In this document: one piece after another, positions 48,301 through 63,300 of the stretch
Layout of the letters: each line of letters begins with the position of its first letter
Numbering within the stretch: the first letter of the stretch is position 1
From: an uncultured virus (IMG/VR IMGVR_UViG_3300034062_006395)
Lineage: Duplodnaviria > Heunggongvirae > Uroviricota > Caudoviricetes
Virus record (IMG/VR): IMGVR_UViG_3300034062_006395
Span: 1-64,000 of that record
Direction: 5' to 3' (one strand)
DNA length: 64,000 bases
Translations under genes and position numbers: made by a program
The notes under the pieces: generated by a model
The model's database searches: none
Told to the model about the DNA's origin: nothing
What the model saw: only the letters and a program-made list of their open reading frames with translations

Positions 48301-51300
48301 AATTATCAATAGTACCTGCATATCCTAATAAATCAGATTTAACAGTTATCTCTGGGAAAAAGTTATCTTTTAAAACGTGTAAATCATACATCTTTAAAAT
48401 GTTATGACCTACTATATTGTTATTAGCATCTCTTTCATTCAACCAACTAAACGTATATGTTTGAGTAATTGATGATTTATCCATCAATTCTTTTACTTCT
48501 CTATCAATACGATCATGTTCTGAAACTGGTGATGTTAGTTTTTCAAGTTGCTTATGTATTAATTTACCACGAGTTGCAGCTTGTAATAAATATTTTTCAT
48601 AAGCTTCTATATATTCTTTCTTATTATATTCAATAGTTGGAAATTCTGAAGTTGCTTGTTTATATTCAGCAGGTTTACCAGCAGTATCCCATAAATGATT
48701 TGCTTTAGCTTCAGCGGAAGATATAGCTTGACCATTTGATTTTCTAACTAAGAAGTGAGAAATGAAACCTGTTTGAGCATCTGTAGTTCTATTATATTTT
48801 CCACTGTTGTATGTAGATAATTGCTCATTAGAAGCATCTTTATCTACACTTAATGTCTTATGTTCTGCTTCTAATTTAGAGACGATTTCCTTAGCTTTAT
48901 TTAAGTTTTCCACCCTGCGTGTAGTAAAGTCTTCAACAGTGTCATAAAACTCTTTATTTAAGGTTCTACCAGCTTCATCTTCTTCTTCATCTTTAGTATT
49001 GTCTTCAGTTGAGACAATTTGTTCTTCACCTTCTACTTGTATATCGAAAGAATTTTTATAAGATTCTTTCATTTTGATTAGTGAATCTGTTTCTTCAGTT
49101 AAAACTAAAACGTTTTTAAAAAACTCACCAGCAATAGTTCCAGATTTAAATCCAAATAATTTCATTAAAGTATTAAAGAATTCTTTAAATATATTTGTTT
49201 TTACTTCTAAAGGATGCTGTGCTGTTAAGTTATTAATTTTTTTAGCTATATTTTGAACATCTTTTGAAGTCATCATTTCAGAAACAAACTCGTGAAATTT
49301 TTCAAGCTTTGTTAATTTTGTACTTCTTATATAAGATAAATCTGGAAATTTATCAGAACCATATTTTATAGGATCACGATGGATGGTTTGTGAAAAATCT
49401 AAATGTAATTTATATAAATTATCTAACGCCTCTTTTTGAGTTTTAGATAACTTTATATGAGGTAAACCTTTTTTATAAAGCCAGTAACTATTTATTAAAT
49501 TACTCAATGAAGCATGTGTTAATTCATGAAGTAATAACTGTTCTAATGTTAAATTCTGTAATGGTTTATTTGTTATTCTAACAGTAGGTATTCCATTTTT
49601 ATCATAACCGAAAGAACCTTGTTTGTTACCTCGTACATTTTCTATTTTAACTGTTAAATTATTTTGAAACAGTTTAGAAATAACATCGTAAATTAATTTA
49701 CCTTGAGTTGATAAACCTGGATAAAATTCTTCTTTAATTTTATCAGGCATTATTTGTTTCTTTTTATATTCACCATCATGTTTACCTGACATAAAATCAT
49801 GGTAATCTTCTAAACCTTTATCAGAAGTTAATTCATTTTTATATTCAAGAACTGTTTCTTTAACTTCATAAGTATAGTTTGGTATTTCAGAAACTTGAGA
49901 TTCACTTTCTTTGATATTTGTAATAATTACATACTTACCATTTTGTTTTAAATTATCTGTATATATGTAAATAACATCTCCTTTTTCATATTTAAAAGGA
50001 TTGTTTACAAGTTCAGTTGTATTTAAATCTTTAACTCTTGATTGGAATGAACCGTCAAAATGATCGCTAAAAAAGAAATTCTCACTTGATCTATATACTT
50101 CAGATATTTGTTTATTACCTATTAATTCATAATAAATAAATTTACTACCTAGTAAGTTGTTATTTATTCTTCTATAAATCTTAACTTTCTTTTTATTTTC
50201 AAAATCAGTAAATCCAACAAATCTTGGGAAATCACTATTAGTAGAAGAATACTCTCCAGTAGCTGAATCAAGATTATTTTCAAATTTTAAACTATATTGA
50301 ATATCACCATCGATTCCATAATTAGTTCCTTGTGAAGATTTTATTTTTTCATTTGTTAAATAATTTAAACTATCAGCATTGTTCATCACAATATTATAAT
50401 CTATAATATCACGATACTTTAAAAGATTATCTTTAATCTTTTCAAATGTTGCTAACATATTAGTAGATACATCTGCTAAAAGTGAACCTGGAATAACAGA
50501 ACTATAGTTTCTAATACCGAATGATGAACCATCAGTAATTAAACTATAACGTAAAAACTCAGTATCTAAACCAGTTGCTTCATCTGTTCTTTCTGCAATA
50601 ACATAATTATCACCTTCTTTTTTAATAACATATTTACTTAACTCTTTAAATGCTTCTTCAAATTCATATTGATCAGCAATGTCTAAGTTATTACCTTGAT
50701 TAAAGAATATCTTTTTAATACCATAAGCTCCATTTTCAATACTAAGATGTTCTAAAAGTTTATTATTTTTAACAGTATTTTCAATTAATGGAAAAATATT
50801 ATTTACAAAGTTATGTGCCCATGCAGCACGTCCTGATATAAATTTACCAGGATGATATTCAATAGCTTCATAAGAATCAACTTCTTGAATTAAAGGATCA
50901 AATGAAATAATAAATTTCATTATTTCAGAACGAACTTGATGAGTATTTAAACGTCCATTATATTCTAATTGCCTAGTAATTAATGTTGTGATATTTTCAT
51001 GATGACGAATAAAAACATTCTCAAGAGTATTTTTAAATATATCATATACTTTTAAATGTGATAATATATGAGGATTTTTTTCAAAGAATAATGGAACTTT
51101 AATTGGAAATTCTTCCTTTAATTCATAAACATCTGTATCTTCAGGTTTAGTAAATACTTCATCCATTATATCGTTCAAGTTATCAATGTCTTCTTCAAAT
51201 ACTGGAAGTTCATTAATAACATTTATAGCTTGTGTTAATTTAAATAATTTCTCACCAACAGTAGCCATTTTTTGATACTGTATTAATACAGCATATTGAG

Positions 51301-54300
51301 ATTTTAATTCATCGACACTTAAATCTTTTAATCTTATATCTTTTTTGTCAAGTCCTTTTACATTATCATAATTATAAAAAGAACCTAAACTTTCAAAAGT
51401 AAATGTTTTTAATTCTTCTTCAGTTAATTTAGATAGTATTAATTTTTCAACCTCAGATTTAAAACCATTCAATAAACTAAATGATATCTTTTTACGAGTA
51501 ATCTCTTTTACTAAAGGTTGATTGAAAAACTTAACTATATCTTCTAAAGGAATACCAGTAGCAATTGCAACTGTATATGCATTTGCAGTTGAACCTGATG
51601 CATTTATATAACTTAATATTTGATCTTTAACGTTATCAATAGAGGTATTAATCAACGAGTCAAAAGTTTCCCAAACACTTGATTCACCTTCTCTTTCAAT
51701 ATCTTGGAAATTGTTATAAACTTTACCATTAAATAATAATTCATATTTATCATCTATCATAGGTTTTCTATTTTGATCACCTCTATATAAATATGATAAT
51801 AATTTAACACTATTTGCAAATATACCAACAAGTGCAGCACCATCAAAATTAGATTTAAAGAAAGCTTGTCTATCAATAATATTTGAAAGATCTAAAGCAA
51901 AGTTACTTGTTTCATATTCAGATTTAATTCTTTTTAATCTTTCAGTTGTAATAGGACTGATCATTCTTTTACGAACTTGGAAATCTTTACCAGGTTGTTG
52001 AATAATATCTAATAACTCATTTATAATTAAGTTCTTGTAATACGATCTTAATAAGCTTGGCTTTCTAAGTATTAAGTTTCTTTCATCTTCATTGAGTTTT
52101 GATAAATCAACAAATTTACCATTTTCATCAAAGCCTACTTTTTTATTGGGTTTAATTACTTTGTTAGATTCTTTTAGATTAATATAATCATCATAATATG
52201 GATTACTCTTAGTTTCAAACCACATTTTATTTGAAGAATCCCAAGCTAATTGTGGAAGTTCTCGTTTTCCCCAGCCATATTTAGCAACGTCTTCATCATA
52301 TTCATCACCATATCTTTCAATCATTGATTGATTGAATTCTGAAGTTAAAAACTCCCTTTCAATTTTTTGTTGATCAAGTTGATCAAACTTATTTGTAGTA
52401 TTATAATTTTTATAGTTTGTTTCTAATTCTGCAAGACGATCTAAATCTTCTTTACTTAATAAAGATTTATTTTTACCATATTCATCAAATCTCAACATGA
52501 ATAAAGAATCCACATCAAAGTCTGAACCATGTAAAGCAACAAGTTCTGCAGGTGCAATTACAGTATTTGATTTACCACTGTGAAAACCAACTACTTTCAT
52601 TGGTACAGCAGAGTGAATCTCAGTAGATGGAATTCTAAAACCAATTACAGTACCAAGTCCAACAACAGATTCAAGTTCTTTAGGTAATATAACTTCTGCA
52701 TATAAGTTACCTTTTGAATCTAAACGATATCGTAGTCTATCACCTTTAAATTCAGTTCCTTCAGATGTTTGCAAAACTAATTTAGAACCTGAGAACTTTA
52801 AAGTATTGAACGCTGAATCAAATATAGAAGAAAGTTGTATAACAGATTTAGTACTTACCAATGGAAAACTTGGATCAACGTAATTTAAAAGTTCAGCAAT
52901 TCTTTCACTACCAGAAACATCTTTAAGTGAGTTTTTAATTTTATCCTTAGTTTCTGATTTATCTTTATAAAAATCATCATTCTCTAAATTTAAATCAATA
53001 ATTTTAGAAATAGCTTGATAAACTTTTAAAGCATTAGCATCATTGTGTCCAAATAAAGAAATCAAATATAATATCTGTGAAGGTTTAGAAATCTTCTTAC
53101 TATCTATTTTTGCAGATGGATTAAACTGTAATCTGTAATTTGAGTTATTTAATGTTCTAACATTTTGACTAACATCAATATCACTAAAGTCTTGAGAATT
53201 ATATATGCTATCTATATTAATTGATTTAAGTGGACGACCAACTTTCATTGCTGAATCAAATACAATTTCATCGATATTTTTATTCTCCATAAAATCATTT
53301 AACTTTCTTAATTTAGCGAACATTGGATTGCTTAATAACTCTTTAGTTAAAACGATTGAAGAGTATTTTAACATCACAGGCATTGCAACGTTATCTTTAG
53401 ATAAAACTTCATAATGTGCAGGTTTCATTACGTTTCCTACATTATATGAATCCCCGTACATTACAGCTAATTGATTAGCTCTTTTTTCAGTCATGAAACC
53501 TTGCCCATCTGTCATGTCATAACCTTTATCTGAATATTGTTTTAATAATTGTTGAGCTATTAATTTAACTTGTACTTGAGTTTTTTCATCTAATGTTTTT
53601 AATGTTAATCCTTTTTTACCAGTTAACATTTCAAGTGTGAATTCTTCAACACTATCTAATAATGGCTTACCATCTTTTTCTGCATACTTTGGAAATGTTC
53701 TATCTTCTAATGTAACAACATTGAATGTTCTATATTTAGTATAGTCACCACGTTCACCAGGTGCAAATGCACCAGATAAACGTTTACCAACATCTTCTGC
53801 ATTTTTAAAGTATGCGTAATCACCAACTACTAATTGACCTAAGAAATAACTATTCAAATAATCATTGATAAAAAATAATTGTATAAACTCTCTTAAGTTT
53901 TCTTTATCAATCTTATATTGTTTTTCTTTGTTTCTAAATTCATAATTAGTTGTAACTGAACTTTTTGATTTTAAAAACCCATTTTCATGTAACTTGTTAA
54001 TTAATTGATTAACTCTTTTATCAATTGGTAATTCATCATCTTCTATTTTATCAAGAAGTTTTTCACCTTCTTTTAGCAAGTCTTCATAAACATTTTCAAC
54101 AAGTTTATCTAATTTCTTTTCTGAAAGACTATTAGCAAATACAATATCTTTATAAGGTCTTAATATTTCAGCATTCACTAAAGATTCTACATTATAACCT
54201 GCTGCATTAACATTTTCTGGTCTTGCTCTTAGTTGAAGTATTAAATTTTTAATGGCTTGCTTTTGTTCTTTTTCATTTAATAGACCAACTTCCATACCTT

Positions 54301-57300
54301 GTGTAGTTGGTTTATTTGAAACTGTATATAAGAACTGAGCATATCTAAAGGTTTTTCTTGACATTAATTCATCAATGAAACCACCATTTAGATGTCTATC
54401 TAACCAGTCAGTATCTTTTTCATTTCTATAAACAATAACATTATCTCTTGATTTAGTTCCTTCAAAATCAAGATACTGATATATTGTATTTAAAGGATAG
54501 TTACCAATAAATATATTATGTTTATAAAAATCTGTTGTTAAATAATCAGGTGTTTTACTTGTCTTTTTATTACCAACAAGTTTAGTATAAACATCAAATG
54601 CATGAGATGAATATCTATGCAAATAGATCTTTTTACCATCAACAGTTATTGCAGAAGTTGCACGTACATACTTAACGTTATTAGAAAGAAATGCTGAAAG
54701 TTCAGATAAAAATCTTGATTCATTTTCTAATATTTCTGGCATATCTTTAGTTATTTTACTATTGATATTATCTTCAGAAACATTATCTTTAACTTCTTTA
54801 TCATCTCTTATAGAACCTAATCTTTCTCCAAAATAAAATATATCAGTTAATAAAGCATTAAATTCACCACCTTTAGAATCAATAATTCTATCTTCAACAA
54901 GCATTGAAGATAATCCTAAATGTGCAATTATTTCTTTAAATGTTTTAAGTTTTAATTCATAAGTTTCACCCATTGACTTCTTTTTTTCTGCAATGAATTT
55001 ACTTGCTTTAATTCTTGATTCTTCAGTGGAAAACTTTTTATTTAAAACATCTTTTACTTTAGTTTTAACTTGTTCATTTGTATCTACAATTCTACTATTA
55101 CGTAGAACACCGTTGTATGTATTTCCAGTAGTTGATTTTTCATAATACTTTAATCTCAATTCACGTAATGAATTATATAAAGTAACTATTTCAGAAAACA
55201 TATTTCTATAATATGCTCTTCTCCATTGATTTACTAAAGTAGTTCTAAATTCAACATTTGATAAATTAAATGTTTCAGATTCTGCAAATGTTATATCACG
55301 TAAAAACAAAGCATAGTTTGTAACTTCTTTAGATTTAGACGTATAAGCATTATACGAATAAACTCTTGTGCCATCTAATGCTTCAACTTCACTTTCTGTT
55401 TTACCAGTTAAATCATATTTATTATTAAAATAAAATTTAATATCTTGGTTACGTGTTGTAACTAACATATGAGGATGTTGTTCAACCTCATTTTCTTTTT
55501 CAATTTCAATTAAATTTGTACCAATTAAATTCATTAATTGAGTATTTCCATTTACACGTACATTTTCAATAATAGATTTTCTAAAATTATCTAAATCAAT
55601 ATTGTCCATTAAAGAGATTGTAATTGCAAATACAGTTCTTGGATCTTTACCTGTAATAGATAATAAGAAATCTTTTACTGCATCTGAAAGTTTAGTTTCT
55701 TTATTAATGTATATATCATCTTTAATTTCATTTAAGATACCAGTAGGATCTTCTTCTTTACTAATAGCTTCTAAAGTTGAATCATCATATGTATATTCAT
55801 AACCTATTTTTTTAGAAGACATATTTCCAACATAAGTTGGAAATAATTCTGAAATTATTTCATTAAATATTTTAGTTTTATTATTATTGTCTGTTGATAA
55901 TAACTTATTAATTACATCAAGTTCAAATTGTTCTTCAGATGATAAATTTGTTTTTTCAGACAGTTCTTTTTGTTCTCTTATTAATTCAGATTTGTAAAAA
56001 AGAATAGCTTCTTTTTTAGGAAGTATCAAATAATAAGAGATTCTTTTACCATCAGGTTTATAAAATTTAACACCAACATTGTTATCTCCAGTAACATCGT
56101 CATAATTACGTGAATAAATATCATTAAAAAATTGTAATGATTTATTTTTAATTGCCCTGTACATTTCAACAGAGCCGTAATCATTTTTAATATCTAATGC
56201 TGTTCTTTCTGTTAAAAAGAATTCTCCACCAGTTCTGTATGCATATATACCAGTTTCTATTTGGTCAAAGAATTTCTCAATATTTTTTACATTAGTTTTA
56301 TAAAGACCTAATAAATTTAAAAGTCTATTGAATAGATTTTTAAGAGAATATATAATTCCACTTTCATTTCTATTTTTAGTATATACTTGAAACTTCTCAG
56401 CTAAGAACTCTTCCATTTCAATATAGTTCATTTGCTTAGTTTCAGGATACTGCTTATTAAGTTGTTCAGTTAATTGATTACGTTCTTGTGGTGTTAAATG
56501 ATAATTCCAAATTTTATGGAAAATCTCATGACGTAAAATATTTTCATGAACACTTAGTTTAGTACCATCCATGATCTTTTCAACATAGACAGTACCATTT
56601 TTCATTAAACCAATAACATCATTCTTTTTGAAATTAATTAAAGAAGACATTACATGTCGAGTAACAAATTTTAAATCATTATCTTTAAGTTTAGGAAATA
56701 ATCTTTTAGCTATTTTATAAGCTTCTTCTTCTGTTATAACAGTTCCTAAGAATGTATTTCTATCTTCAGTTAAAAGTTTTTTACCTTGAGTATCCTCAAA
56801 ATACATATCAATTTCTTCAATAAGATTCTCTTTAGAATTACTTTTAAAAGTTACCGGTTGAGAATCTTTATTTAAGAATGTAACTGAGAACTCTCCGTTA
56901 TTTTCTATAATACTATTGATTGCTTCATTATATGTTGAAGGTTGATTTGCAACAGGTTGATCTGTAATTATAGGTTCAACTATTGGTTTTGCCGATGGTT
57001 GACTTGAAGGTTTAACTTCTTCTGGTTTAGACGTAACACTTATCTTAGTTGGTAAAACTCTATCAAAATAAGTTTCAACCATTGGAGCTAATTCAGCTTC
57101 TACGTTTTTATTTATATTTAAAGAATCATCAAATAAAGTTTTTCCTTTTTCATTAAACGCTGCACGGTTAATAGGTAAACGTAAATAGCTACCTCCTCTT
57201 AAAGAACTAATACCGTTAGAATCAAATTGGAAAGCTGATTTAAGAACATCTAATGAAAGAACTCCGCTATGAGCAATTCTATTCTCATTCAATTGTTCAG

Positions 57301-60300
57301 GTGTAAATAAAGGACTTGCTTCAGTACTAAAAACTTCAGTAGTAAATACTTTTTCAAGATATTTAATATCATCCTGAATAGTTTTAACCATCTGTTGAGC
57401 TTCTAATTGTTGTTGTGGATTTCCAGAACCTTTAAGTCTATAATATCTTTCAAGACCCATGTAAACAAATTCAATAGGTTTACCATCTCTTTGTAAATCA
57501 TATCTTCTGGCTAATGATTTTAAAAAGGTATAATAACTTTTAGTATAACCAAATATTTCAAATTCATCTGTACTTTTTCCTACTAATGGTTTTCCTTTAA
57601 TGTTAACACGATCTTTATTTTTTTCTTTATATCTTGTAATTAAAGATAAATGAGAAGTGTTAAAAATATTAGGATCTTCTGCTACTCTATTTTTAGTATG
57701 ATGTGAATTTGCTTTAGCAATTTTATTAAGTGCTTTAGATGCTTCTCCTTGATTTATTTTTATAACAGGATGATATTTTATTTTACCATCAACACCTTTA
57801 CCTATGAGTTTATGATATTTACTGTTTTTACTTTTAATAAGATCGTAATCATTTTTTAATTCTTCAGAAGCTTCATATTCTTCTTCAGTAACAGTTTGCT
57901 TCTCATGTTCAACACCATATACAAGTAAGAACAGTTCAGTCCACAAATCTTGATTTGGATCTTTTACAATGTCTTTAGTTTTTTCAATTTGATATGATTG
58001 ACTAATTGTAAAATTATCTTTGAATGATTCTAATTTTTCTCTAAACTCTTTAGTACTTAATTTTAAACCACTTGCTGCTTCAAGTTTTTCAACAACATCA
58101 ATAAATTTTAATATAGGTTTAACAACATCATCTCCTTTTTTAAGTCTTCTTGCATTTAAACGTATAGCTTGTGGCTTATAACCTGGAGTTTCAAATATTA
58201 AATAAGGAATACCTGATTTTAATTGTAAATCAGAAGCATTAACATTGTTTGGTAATATCTGATTGTTTGCTGGTATCCACATATAGATTTTTCCAACTGA
58301 AGGTTTTAACCCTGCCTTAATGAAATAACCTTTTACAAATTGATTAACAATATCAGAAATATTAGGATTTTCAACTCTTTTATTTTTATTATATATATAA
58401 GTCAAAGGTCTTGCAATATTTACTTTACCTTCTAATATAACATTAGACATATCTGATGAAGGTATCGTGAATACACCAGCATCTGAAAAAATTTCATCTT
58501 TTAATCTTACTGATTTTGCGTTATTATATTTTTCAAGTAATTGTTTACCAAAATCAGTTTTAAATTCTTCTTCACTAACAATACCAATCAAAGCCCATTT
58601 ATCTTCAGTATCACGAACTTTAGCTAAAACTAAAAGTTGAGATTTTTTTTCGTATTTAGCTTTAACATATATAACATCGTTCCCAGTTTTAACTAAAGGG
58701 TTTCCTTTATTATCGTATATTTTATTTTTAGTTGGAAAAGCTAAAACATGCTCATGGTCAAATAGATCAACTTTAACTGGTAGATCTGGATCGTTTCCAT
58801 TATCAATAACATCACTATCTAAACTTTGACCTTTTAGTGTTGCACCATCATCAGTAGTATCATCTTCAAAATCATCATCAGTATCAAAAAATTCATCCTC
58901 ATCTTTTATTACAACATTTTCTACTGTGTCTTTTATATCCTCTGGTTTTACTTCAGATGCAGGTTTACTATCTTGTTTAATTTTTACAACAATACCTTTA
59001 GCATCAGGTACAAAAGATTTAAATATTTGATTATCTAATAACAACTGACCGTAGAATCTTTCTTCATTTTGAACCTTCATTTCTTCTGATTCAGTAGATG
59101 TAACAGCAATCTTTGGATTAACGTGGTGATCTATTTTTTGTCCATTACGTTTAATTACAACGTGATTTTTTGCACGACTAATAGAAGTGTACATTGCTGT
59201 ATTAAAAGTATAAGTATCAAAAGATTGATTGAAACTATTTTTTTCAGCTTCATTCAAATCTATAAATACTTCATCAAACGTTTGTCCTTGAACTTCTTCA
59301 TAAGTCATCACTTGAGTTTTATCATCAATAAGAGATTTATATTTATCTTTTGATTGTTGATTATTAACTATGATTACTTTATTAGCTGAAGAAGAATTTT
59401 TAATAATATCACCAAAATCATTTACAACGTGAACACCTTGAGCATTCGTATTTCCAAGTGAAGTATTAGCTTCAAATGTAGCATCTTGTACTTTATTATA
59501 ATTTGAACGAAATACATCGGCTGCATTATTAATTGAAGATACATCTGAACGATAAGGAACACTTAAAGCATTTAAGTGTGTTATATTAACATATTCTTTT
59601 TTAAATTCAATTTCTGGAAATTGAGATTCTGTTATTTGTGTCGGATCACCAGTTAATAAAAAAGTTATATTTTTTGATTTAAGTTTAGCTAATTCTTGAA
59701 ATGCTTCTGGTTTTTGAGATAAATTAATTGCATTAGCTTCATCTATGATAATTAAATATTTTTTTTCAGGATCAAAATTATATGTTTTTATATCTTCAAG
59801 TTTAATTCCTTTTGTATTATCACCATGAATTGATTGACTGATATTCTTAGTTGCGTTTTCAGTAGCAGCGGTTACAATAACTTCATCGATTTTTCCCTGC
59901 ATTTTTAAAATATCAGAAATCCATTTAGAAGCAATTGTAGATTTACCTGTACCTGCTATACCTTTTAAATAAGCGAAGTTTCCAAATTCAACAGATTTGT
60001 TTTGTGAATCAAAGAATTTTAAAAATTGATTAATTACAATTTCTTGTTGTATTCCAGGAGTCAATACTATTGATTTATCATTTTCTTCTTTTAGCTCATT
60101 ATATTTAGCATCTAATGATAATAATAAATCATTGATATTAAAATCAGAAGTTATTTGTTTGTAAGCTTCTAATGTACTTATATAATCTAAAATAGTATTT
60201 GTTATTTCTAAGATTGTATCTTTTTCAAATTTATATGAAGATTCGTCTTTATAATTCTTTAAAGCTTCTAAAAATGAATATGGATCATTATCTTTAAGAA

Positions 60301-63300
60301 ATACAAAGTATGGATGTGATTTATCATTCTTAGCTTCTACTTGAACTAAGTTAAATAAACCAACATCATTAATAAATTTATTTAATGTAGTAGTACCGTT
60401 TCCTTTGTTAATTTCAAATGATTCAGAAAGAACACCTTCAATAAAAGTTATTTTAGCTTTAAGTATTTCTTCAATTTCTTTTTTACTATCCTTAGATAAT
60501 TGCTGAAGTTTATATAAAATAATTTCACCATATATAGGATTCAAAGGATCTGGTGAATCTTTATAATCAACTGCATTTTCAGCTTCTTTTAATATTTTAT
60601 TTAATTCTTCTTTACCTAATACTTTTTCTATAGCATTGAATAAAGTTGAATGTTGTTGAGGTTCAAGAAAATCAATATCCAAAGATCTATATATTCTTAA
60701 AGCTTTAGCTGCTCTAAATTTCTTTTGTTTAATTAAACGATCTTCTTTATTTTTTATAGCAACTTGAAATAGTAATTCTAATTTAACTAAATCTTCTTTT
60801 ATTTGTTTTACAACTGGAGCAATATGTTTATTTTTTGTAATACCATCTTTTTCCCAAACATCTAATAGAGCATTTAAAACATTAATTAAATTATTAATTT
60901 TTTGGTAATCACTGTAATCACTGTTTTCTATATCTTGACCAGCTTCAGTAAAAATTATATCAGCTTCTTTACGAATTTTACGACCATAGGCAGCTCTTGA
61001 AAATTCTAAACTATTTTTATAATTTCTAAATGTATTTTTTTTACGATTTGATTCTTTACTTAAATTAAAAACTTCTTCATAAGTATCTGCAATTTTTTTA
61101 TCAATATTTTTTAAATTATCTATCTCATCAAGTATTTGCATATATTCTTGACTGAATTCTTCTACTTTATCTATTTTAGCATCTAAGTCATCTATTTTTT
61201 GTTGGTTTAAAACCCTTGCTTCATCAAGAAATTTAAAAACTTTATCTCTTGTTGCAGCATCAAAGTTATAAACACCATCTGTTGTTTCAATTTTTGCATT
61301 ACGAACAATATCTAATACTTCGTCTAAAGATATTTTACCTTCTTTATAATTGTCAAAAGCATTATTTAAAGAAGCTTTACCAATATGATCTTTACCTATT
61401 CTGAAATAATGTTCATTAAGAAATGATTCACTATCATTAACACGTTCAATTTCATTTCTACCTACATCAAGTATTGGTCTTTTATATTGATACACTATTG
61501 GGTTAAATTCTATACCGTGAACAAAACCAGCTTCTTGTTGTCTGATTATTTTTTCATTCTCAAGTAGAACAAGTTCATCATTAAGTTTTTGTTTTACAGA
61601 TTCTTCAGTAGCAGTTTTAATTTCTTCTTTTTTAGAATCTATTTTAGTTTCTATATCTTCAAATGTTGGAACTTTTGTTTTCTCATTAAGTTCTTTAATT
61701 TTTGATGGATTAGTCAGAAGATCAAAATTGTTATTAGAATCTTCTAACATTTTATTTAAAGCTTCATTTGTATTATCAATATCTTTTAAAGCAGCAGCAT
61801 CAACTTGAGGTATGCCAGAAAGATTATCTTTCCTTGCTTCGTTTTCTTGAATTAATCTTTTAATGCTGTCTTGTCTTACAGCTTCTCCGTATTGAGCTTT
61901 CAGAATCTTTTCTTGTAATGAAGCATCAATATTCTTCAGTTCTGGATTTTGCTTTGCAGACTCTTTAATACCTTTAAATAAATTAAAGAATCTATCTACT
62001 TGTTCTAATCTTTTATTTAGAATATCAGATGCTTCTGGTTGAGATTTTTTTAATTCTTCAGCATGAAGCTTCATAGTGCTTTTTAAAACATCTAAACCTT
62101 CTTCACCATATACACTGTCAAGACCAAACATACCTAATGCGTAACGAGCTGCAATCAAGTCTGTGAGTATTTCAAAACCTACTGCATCGTTTCTATTTGC
62201 TAAATCAAGTTGTTCATCATATAATGATTTTGTAGTCATTATTTGAAAACCTAATTTAGATAAAGCTTCTTGATTTATTTCTGGTTTGTTATTTGCATCA
62301 CGAATGATTTCTCCTTGTTTATCAAGTTTATAAATAGTAGAAACATTTGATTTAAATACAGCATCAGAATAGTTAATTATTTTTTCAAGAGAACCTAATT
62401 GTTCTTGTTCTTGTTTAGTTTGACGAACAGCGCCAACTGTTGACATACCAGAACCTAGTAGAGCACCTAAGAAGATAGATGTCTGACCATCAGTTTTTCC
62501 AAAGTTAGTTACTAAGCTTCCAACATAATCTCCAAGCCAATCGTTATATTCACCAAGCATTACTTTATCTTGGGTAGCATATCTTTTTTGAGCTTCTTGA
62601 ATACCAAACTGAATGTTTTCTTCATAACCACCTTCAACAGCAGCACCTTTTAAAACATTCTTTCCTAAGTTTTTAGAAAGACTTGGTGCAAACTGAGCTA
62701 ATTTAGTTTTATCAAGTTTACCATCAACAATAGAATTTCTAATTATTTTTTTAGTATCTGCTAATGAACCAAATACCATCTTAGCTTCCCATAGATTAGA
62801 AGCAGCTAATGCAGCCATGTTTGATATTGAAGTATTAAATGCAGCACGTACTGCATCTTCTTCAGAAACACCTTTAGAAATTAAATCATCATAAATATCT
62901 TTACCTTCAAATCCAGACTCACTAATTGTATTATATAATGTAATAGCACCTAAATCAATTTGATTAGCTAATTTAGAAACATCTCTGACAGATTGTCCAA
63001 GAGCTGCTGCATTATCAACGCTTTGTATTCCAAGTTTAGAATCAATCAAAGCTTTATTTAATCCTCTAATGTTATTAGCTAAACCTTTTCCAAGACCAGC
63101 TTTACCAATAAGACCAGCTTTGCTTGCAAGACCAGCAGGTACAAAAGCAGAAGCAGCAAAAGCAACACCATCTAAAAAATCAGAACCCCAAAATTCAGCA
63201 GTACCTATTTTATCAAAGAAGTTACCATTACTGTACAATTTAGTTTTATATATTGGATCAACACCAAAGCTCAACCAGCTACTTTCGTTCTTTAATTGAT

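Noticed and set aside
49074..63299. Short + strand ORFs inside the giant gene (49074, 53205, 55602, 59123, 63069)
   Set aside because: Antisense shadows of a strongly biased coding frame, with no motifs.
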